Shown piece after piece: positions 56,071-64,000 of a stretch of DNA of 64,000 nucleotides. The translations under genes and the position numbers were made by a program. Numbering within the stretch: the stretch's first letter is position 1; every line of letters begins with the position of its first letter. The stretch is from NCBI GenBank assembly GCA_951406725.2, contig OX597842.1:3968001-4032000 (forward strand), in the 5' to 3' direction. The DNA is from Octopus vulgaris. Taxonomy: Eukaryota. The notes under the pieces were generated by a model. The model did not search any database. It was not told the origin of the DNA and saw only the letters and a list, made by a program, of their open reading frames with translations.

Positions 56071-56294
56071 TACTGCCATACTGGAGCATCGCCTTGCAAA
56101 GGTTTTAGTCGAACAAACCAATTCAATTCTTCCGTTTGGTTTTTTCTAACTATACGTTCCGTAGTTTCTTGTCGAACGACCTGCACAAGTGTTTGGTTCA
56201 TAGTGATGAAATGTTCGTGCTGCATATTTCAGCTCATTCTATCTAATTAAATCGATGTTGTTTTAACAGGTACAAAGTGTGCCACATGTCAGAT

Positions 56295-56562
56295 GTGCAA
56301 TAGCCCAGTGGTTAGGGCAGCGGACTCGCGGTCGGAGGATCACGGTTTCGATTTCCAGACCGGGCCTTGTGTGTGTTTATTGAGCGAAAACACCTAAAAG
56401 CTCCATGATGTTCCGTCAGGGGTGGGGCGACCCCTGTTGTACTCTTTCGCCCTAACTTTCTCTCACTCTCTCTTCCTGTTTCTTGAGTAACGCTGCGATG
56501 GACTGGCGTCCCGTCCAGTTGGGGGGAAAGGGATACGCCGCAGAAACCGGGAAACCGGGCCC
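56295..56562 (+). mobile_element. SINE family C
   Basis: Matches 30147-30420. Confidence 0.85.
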
Positions 56563-56612
56563 ACGTTACTTTCAACGTTGAGCATTTTAATCGTTGCAAT
56601 AATTGAATTCCT

Positions 56613-56838
56613 CAAGGCGGCGAGCTGGCAGAATCGTTAAGCACGCTGGACGAAATGCTTAGCGGTATTTGTCTGCCGCTACGTTCTGAGTTCAAATTCC
56701 GCCGAGGTCGACTTTACCTTTCATCCTTTCGGGGTTGATCAAATAAGTACCAGCTGCGCACTGGGGTCGATATAATCGACTTAATCCGTTTGTCTGTCCT
56801 CTCTGAGTTTATCCCCTTGAGGGTAGTAAAGAAATAGG
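56613..56838 (+). mobile_element. SINE family A, full length
   Basis: GGCGGCGAGCTGGCAGAATCG..GTAGTAAAGAAAT. Confidence 0.9.
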
Positions 56839-56847
56839 TACTCACCA

Positions 56848-57865
56848 GGCGTGGTTTTTCCCAACCACATAGTTCCGAGTTCTGTCCCACTGAGTAGCAC
56901 CTTGGGCAAGTGTCTTCTACTATAGCCTTGGACTGACCAAAGCCTTATGAGTGGATTTGGCAGACGGAAACTGAAAGAAGCCCGTCGTATATATATATAT
57001 ACATATGTGTGTGTGTGTGTATGTGTGTGTGTGTGTGTCTTTGTCTTTGTGTCTGTGTTTGTCCCTCACCACTGTTTGATAACCGATGTTGGTGTATTTC
57101 CGTTCTTGTAACTTAGGGGTTCGACAAAAGTGACCGATGGTACCAGGCTTAACAAAAAAAAAATAAGTACTGCGGTTGATTCATTCGACAGAAAATTCTG
57201 TTAAAAAATTCTCCGAGTGGTGCCCCAGCATGGCCACAGTCTAATGACTGAAACAAGTAAAAGAAAATATATATATATTATAGGCGCAGTAGTGGCTGTG
57301 TGGTAAGAAGCTTGCTTCCCAACTACATAGTTCTGAGGTCAATCCCACTCCGTGGCACCTTGGGCCAGTGACTTCTACTGTAGCTTCTGGCTGACCAAAG
57401 CTTTGTGAGTGGATTTAGTGAAAACTGAAAGAAGTCTGTCGTGTATGTCGTGTATGTGTTCCCCAGCTGGACGGGATGCCAGTCCATCGCAGCGTTACTC
57501 ATTTTTACCAGCTGAGTGGACTGGAGCAACGTGAAATGAAGTGTTTTGCTCAAGAACACAACGCGTCGCCCAGTCCAGGAATCGAAACCACAATCTTACA
57601 ATAATGATGCTGACACCCTAACCACTAAGCCACGCGCCTCCACAGATCTACGAATCTGTAGGTTTGTGTCAGTGTTTGTTTCCCACCACCGCTTTACAAC
57701 CGGTGTTGGTGCATTTATGTCCTTGAAACTTAACAGTGCGGCAAAAGAAACAAAAGAATAAGTGCTGGGGTTGATTCATTCGACTTAAAATTCCAACTGA
57801 AAAATTCTTCAAGGTAGTGCCACAGCATGGCCGCAGTCCAATGAGTGAAACATGTAAAAGAAAAA
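56848..57865 (+). mobile_element. Two tandem SINE B copies, the second split by SINE D (57450-57642, -)
   Basis: B at 56848-57265; B halves at 57282-57445 and 57660-57865. Confidence 0.8.
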
Positions 57866-58144
57866 GAGACAAAAGCTATCATATCTGGTTGTTATGTCTC
57901 TGACTGGGGACAAATTGGTTGACCTGCCAGCCTGAAGAATCTTAGAAGTAAGGCACACATTCTTTGAGCTGGAGTATGTAACCAGTAAGAAGATTCTTAA
58001 CCTGCTTGGGAACGTTTGTGTGGGTGGGGGTCTGGGGTAGCTAACGTAGGTGGAAATACACGGGTCGGGGTGTGACATGGGAGAGAAAGTAGAAATGGAA
58101 TGCGTGTGCAAAGTGAACAGTGCTATTTGTGTTGGGGGGGTGTA

Positions 58145-58359
58145 GGAGGGGTACAGAAAAGTTCCTGGTTTTAAGGGTATCGCGAAAGGCCTGTTTGGAG
58201 GCTCAAACTTCCGAGTTCTTTTAAGGGCTTAGAAAATCTGAAGGACCGCTGCAATAAGTGTGTGAATCTGAGAGGGGAATATGTTGAATAAAATCATAAT
58301 TAACTGATGCCCCTATATTTCCTTTTACCCAAAGCCAAGAACTTTCCAGCACGCTCTCA
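58145..58359 (+). mobile_element. Mariner-derived MITE retaining the transposase C-terminus
   Basis: Termini GAAAAGTTCCTGG..GGGTA and TACCC..CCAAGAACTTTCC; reads GLENLKDRCNKCVNLRGEYVE*. Confidence 0.8.
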
Positions 58360-58374
58360 TGTGTATGTGTTTGT

Positions 58375-58477
<103 letters not shown>

Positions 58478-58512
58478 TATGTGTGTGTATGTATGTGTGT
58501 GTCTGTGTGAGT

Positions 58513-58543
<31 letters not shown>

Positions 58544-59058
58544 TGTCGCCCCATCACCGCTTGACAACTGGTGTTGGTGTGTTTAAATACGCGTAACTTA
58601 GCGGTTCAGCAAAGAGACTAATAGAACAAGTACACGGCTTTAAAATAATAAGTCCTCGGGTCGAACTGTTCGGCAAAAACCACTTCAAAGCGGTGCTCCA
58701 GCATGGCCGAAGTCAAATGACTGACACAAATAAAAGAACGCACACACACATACACACACACATACACACACATACACATACACACACACATACACACACA
58801 CACACACACACTTTCTGCCTACCGCCATTTTCGTTTGTCTGTTCCTCTGTCTGTCTGTCTGTCTGTCTTTCCGTTTTCCTTCCGCACCGTTTTTTTTTTT
58901 CATCCTTTCTTCCTTCTTTTCGTTCTTTCCTTCTTCATTTTCGTCTTCCCTTCTTCCTTCCTTTCTTTTCCTTTCTTTTCCTTTCTTTCTCTCTTTCTTC
59001 CTGTCATTCTTTTTTTCACTTCGATTCCCCTTTTCCTTCACCCTCCACCAACACCACC

Positions 59059-59090
<32 letters not shown>

Positions 59091-59547
59091 CAACAACAAC
59101 AGCAACACCATCACCCCCACCACCACTACCACCAGCTTTACCCCTTGCCCACCCCTTCTCCCAAGTCTCACCTCCCCCTTCCTCTTCACCTCCCCTCCTT
59201 CCCTTCCTCTCTTCCAAAAATAAAAAAAAAACTCCCTAACCCCTCTGACATTTTAATTTTTATCAAAACCAGAAGAAGCAAGGCGCCATCATGCTATTTG
59301 GCAGAATCAGGTCAAATGTAATGCCCACCCCCACGTTGGACAGTCTTGTCTTATCAGTTAACTTAGTGCAGCGAACCAAAGGACAGAAGAAGAGGGGGGG
59401 TACGCCCCTGCGTAGCTGCACAATCTGGTAAAGAAGAAGAAGAAAACAGCCAATAATTCATTTAAATAACACCAAAGTTTTAAAAGAGGAAGTACTTATT
59501 TGATAACGTAGTCCAAGATACATTGTGTCTGTTTCATGGATGAGATG

Positions 59548-59831
59548 ATCGCAGTTGGAACGACTTTGATCATAGGTCTACCAGATCAGGACTGACCTGG
59601 GGCTAAACAACAGCAACTATCGCAGTTGGAACAACTTTGATCATAGGTCTACCAGATCAGGACTGACCTGGGGCTAGACAACAGCAACTATCGCAGTTGG
59701 AACAACTTTGATCATAGGTCTACCAGATCAGGACTGACCTGGAGCTAAACAACAGCAACTATCACAGCTGGAACAACTTTGATCATAGGTCTACCAGATC
59801 AAGACTGACCTGGGGCTAAACAACAGCAGCT
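59548..59831 (+). repeat. 4 x 71-bp tandem repeat of a retroposon-like 3' tail
   Basis: Units start at 59548, 59619, 59690 and 59761, each ending GGGGCTAAACAACAGCAAC; diverged copies at 60470-61055. Confidence 0.95.
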
Positions 59832-59944
59832 ATATCCACTATTATACTATATAATATATACTATATACACTATACACTACTATATAGTATATATACTATA
59901 TAGTATATATATACACTACTATATAGTATACATACTATATACAC

Positions 59945-60462
59945 TGTTGTTGGCACTCCGTCCGTTGCGACGACGTGGGTACCCGTTGATCCAATCAACG
60001 GAACAGCCTGCTCGTGAAATTAACGTGCAAGTGGCTGAGCACTCCACAGACATGCGTGCCCTTAATGTAGTTCTCGGGGAGATTCAATTCAATTCAATTC
60101 TATTCTATTTTTATTGGCTCAAAAATCAAAAGCAAGGCCATGTAGGAGGACATGGAGTAATGCACAGGGAAGGTGGTCATACAAAGAGTTCAGGCCATTT
60201 CTGGTCAAGAGAGACTTTGAACCACGGAGTGTGACAAGGCTGGACCCTTTGAATTACAGGTATAACAGAAACAGGAAGAAAGAGTGAGGGAAAGTTGTGG
60301 TGAAAGAGTACAGCAGGGTTCGCCATAACATCCCTGTCAGAGCCTCGTGGGCCTTTAGGTGTTTTCGATCAATAAACACTCACAACATATGGTCTGGGAA
60401 TCGAAATCGCAATCCTACGTCCGCGAGTCCGCTGCCCTAACCACTGGACCATTGCGCCTCCA
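59945..60462 (-). mobile_element. SINE C head with a third type of tail
   Basis: 60270-60462 matches the C head and body; 59945-60260 differs from the other C tails. Confidence 0.7.
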
Positions 60463-62350
60463 CATAGATACACTGTCTGAATAAAAGATGGGATGGTCAC
60501 AGCTGGAACATTTTTAATCATAGGTTTACTGGATTAAGACTGACCTGGTCAGTCCTGACCTAGTAGAGCTATGATTAAAGTTGTTGCGGGCTGTGAGCAT
60601 CTCGATCTTTATACACACAATGTATAATGGTATTTAAGAAGGGGTGGTCACGGCCGATACACCTTTGATCGTCGGCCTGCTGGAAAGGACTGACCATGGA
60701 CTAAACAAGAAGAACAACTAGAGTCACTAACAAATATACCGTACACTAAATAATGTAGTCCTAGATACACTATGCCTGAATAATAGATGGGATGGTTACA
60801 GCTGGAGCATCTTTGATCATAAGGTCTGTTCGATAAGGGTTGACCGAGGGCTAAACAACAGCTTTAACCAACGATATAACGCTAGTCATAGGTGCTATAT
60901 GTCTGAATAAAAGATAGGATGGTCATGGCTGGAACATTTTTGGTCTCAGATCTGCTGGGTAAGGACTGACCTAAATGATAACTATAGCCCCTAAGACTAA
61001 CTACAGTACTAAACCTTAGATAATGTAGTCCTTGATACCTAGGGTTAAACAACAACGGTGATAACAAAAGAAAACACGCACTAACGAGGGAACATCTCCG
61101 TGGCTGTTTCCCATGCTAGAAATGGCCTTCAACTCACTTCGCACCGTCAAAGAGAAATAGATATGCAATGTCTTGGTTAACGATCTACCGTTACTTTCGA
61201 TGTTAAGCATTTACTCGTTGCAATAATTGAATTCCTCGAGGCGGCGAGCTGGCGGAATCGTTAAGCACGCCGGGTGAAATGCGTAGCCGTATTTCGTGTG
61301 CCGAAAATAGTTCAAAATAAGACTTAAAAAGAGAGAAGAAAAAGAAAGTCACAATAAAATGGAAAGAAGAAAAGGAAAACGATTTACGAAGAAAGAAAGT
61401 CTATAGTTCAAAAACACAGCAAAAAAAGTCTTCCGGCGACTAGGTACTCCCGGCCAAGGTTGAACCCGGAGCGCCACAACTGGATCACAACTTCCACAAA
61501 AACCGACAAACAAGTTGTTCAATCTTCGGAGGCAATGACATTCCCCCAAAACAGCAATTCTCACAATTATTTTAAAAATTCGCAAAAAGTGAACAAATTT
61601 TTAGTAAGCACGATACGCCTCCAAGCAACAATTCTCACAATTAAGTGAGAATAAATATTCACTTAATGTGAACCACTATCTTGGAAGCGGGATACGCTTC
61701 CAAACAATAATTCTCACAATTAAGCGAGAAAAAATATTCGCTCCACTGCAGGTAGACCAGAATTTAGAATCCAGTGAGGACTTCTTGCTTGTACATAAAC
61801 AATTATTGCCGCAAACAAAACCCCCACTAGACCCAAAAAAACAAGAATCTTAATTTACAGCGGAGCTTCAACATTTTTCAATTCAAGATGGCTTCAAAAG
61901 AACGTCTTGACAGCTTGAGTGCCAAACACTACACTAACTCGCGCATGCGTAGTGGGGAAACAAGCTTGTTACCACACAGCCAAGCCTGTGGTTGTCGATC
62001 TGTTAGCGAATACACAAACAGAATCTGTCTACAATCCAATTCAACAACAATTACCCAGAATACAAGTATTAAAGTAACTTATTTAACTTAATTAGTTATC
62101 TATCTACCTACCTACCCTTTTATCTAGTTGTCTCCCTGTCTGTCTATGTACCTATATTCATCCCCGTCAGCCTGTCTATCACGCACTGGATTTACCTGTC
62201 TTTCTAACCTTCCATCTATCAGTTTCTTTACTTGTCTGTCTGTCTGTCTATCTATCTATGTATCTATCTATCTATCTATGTAGTTGTCTATCTTTCTGTG
62301 TGTGTGTGTGTGTGTGTGTGCATAGATAACTGGCTATGCACACACACACG

Positions 62351-62812
<462 letters not shown>

Positions 62813-63209
62813 ATATACCTACCTACCTACTTACCTTCCTACCTACCTACGTATCGCTATTCTCTCATAATTCCATTACCATTAAATATTGACATCTAAA
62901 CCATCTAAAGCATCCCCAACACTAAAACCTCCAACTCTGTCTGTTACAATATTCCCAACGTGCTTAATATCGTGTTTGACATCTCGTCATTTAGATAAAT
63001 AACACCGGTGTCTCTCATGCTATAAAGTAAATTTATCTGCAAACACAATATATCTACAATGCGATGGCGGATTTCTGTCGCTCGACAACGAGGATTTGGT
63101 TACGAAGCTGAGCTGAAAAGTTCTTAGGCTGACCGTGAAGGAGTGATGCTAGAGCTGTGAAATCTTGCAGTCATTAATTTCAACCCTTCTTATTCATGAC
63201 TTCATTGCT

Positions 63210-63830
63210 TAAGACGGCGAACTGGCAGAATCGTTAGCACGCCGGCCGAAATGCTTAGCGGTATTTCGTCTGCTGCTACGTTCTGGGCTCAAATTCCGCC
63301 GAGATCGACTTTGTCTTTCATCCTTTCAGGGTCGATAAATAAAGTACCAGTTACGCACTGAAGTCGATGTAATCGACTTTATCCGTTTGTCTGTCCTTTT
63401 TTGTCCTCTCTGTGTTTAGCCCTTTGTGGGTAGTAAAGAAATAAGTATTTCGTCTGCCGTTACGTTCTAAGTTCAAATTCCGCCGAATTTGACTTTGCTT
63501 TTCATCCTTTCGGAGTCGATTAAATAAGTAGCAGTTACGCACTGGGGTCGATATAATCGACTTAATCCGTTTGTCTGTCCTTGTTTATCCCCTCTGTGTT
63601 TAGCCCCTTATGGGTAGTAAAGAAATAAGAATCGTTTGCACACCAAGTAATAAGACTTAGCTACAGTTCATTCATCGTTACGTTCTGAGTTCAAATTCCA
63701 CCGAGGTTGACTTTGTTTTTCATCTTTTCCGGGTCAATAAAATATATACCAGTTGAGGACTGGGGTCGATTTAATCGACTTACTCACTCACTCGAACTTG
63801 CTGGCCTTGTGCTAAAATTTGAAACCAATA
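63210..63830 (+). mobile_element. Three tandem SINE A units (one full, two partial or diverged)
   Basis: CGTTCTGAGTTCAAATTCC..GGGGTCGAT repeated at ~63280, ~63463 and ~63681. Confidence 0.85.
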
Positions 63831-63831
63831 A

Positions 63832-64000
63832 CTGTGTTCTTTCATTCCTGGTTAACTGACATCTGATTGTTCACGGAACAGTTCAAAAATAACCAGTTGC
63901 AACTTCTCTTGAAAATGGACGAACTTCCGCATCGTGGTGTTATGAAGTGACTACAGGAAAAGAGTTTACGAGGATATTCAAGCTGACATGGTTGCTACAT
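63832..64000 (+). mobile_element. Mariner 5' remnant running off the window
   Basis: MDELPHRGVMK*LQEK..EDIQADMVAT resembles a mariner N-terminal HTH start. Confidence 0.6.

Overview
A 64-kb AT-rich eukaryotic window saturated with microsatellites and interspersed repeats. The repeat make-up resembles an octopus-type cephalopod genome (inference). I find no host protein-coding exon I can support: nearly all listed ORFs are translations of simple repeats such as (TA)n, (TG)n, (TACA)n and (GGT)n. Recognisable content is (i) several tRNA-derived SINE families, (ii) decayed LINE fragments (two RTE-type 3' ends, one RTE/RTEX-like 3' end with a TSD and an in-window empty site, and an R4/Dong-like 5' portion), (iii) mariner, Tc2/pogo-like, Merlin-like and Helitron derivatives, and (iv) tandem arrays. 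The most interesting signal is a set of at least four unrelated short elements in or beside (TA)n tracts that carry type I hammerhead-ribozyme folds. One is essentially canonical (31616-31701, minus strand) and two are partly decayed (43465-43611, 44129-44187). The fourth is a multi-copy family with a variant catalytic core and covarying stem I (5301, 10922, 14905, 45990). Together they look like a diverse population of Penelope-like/retrozyme-like, ribozyme-bearing mini-elements. All folds and alignments were done by eye, so boundaries of decayed repeats are approximate.
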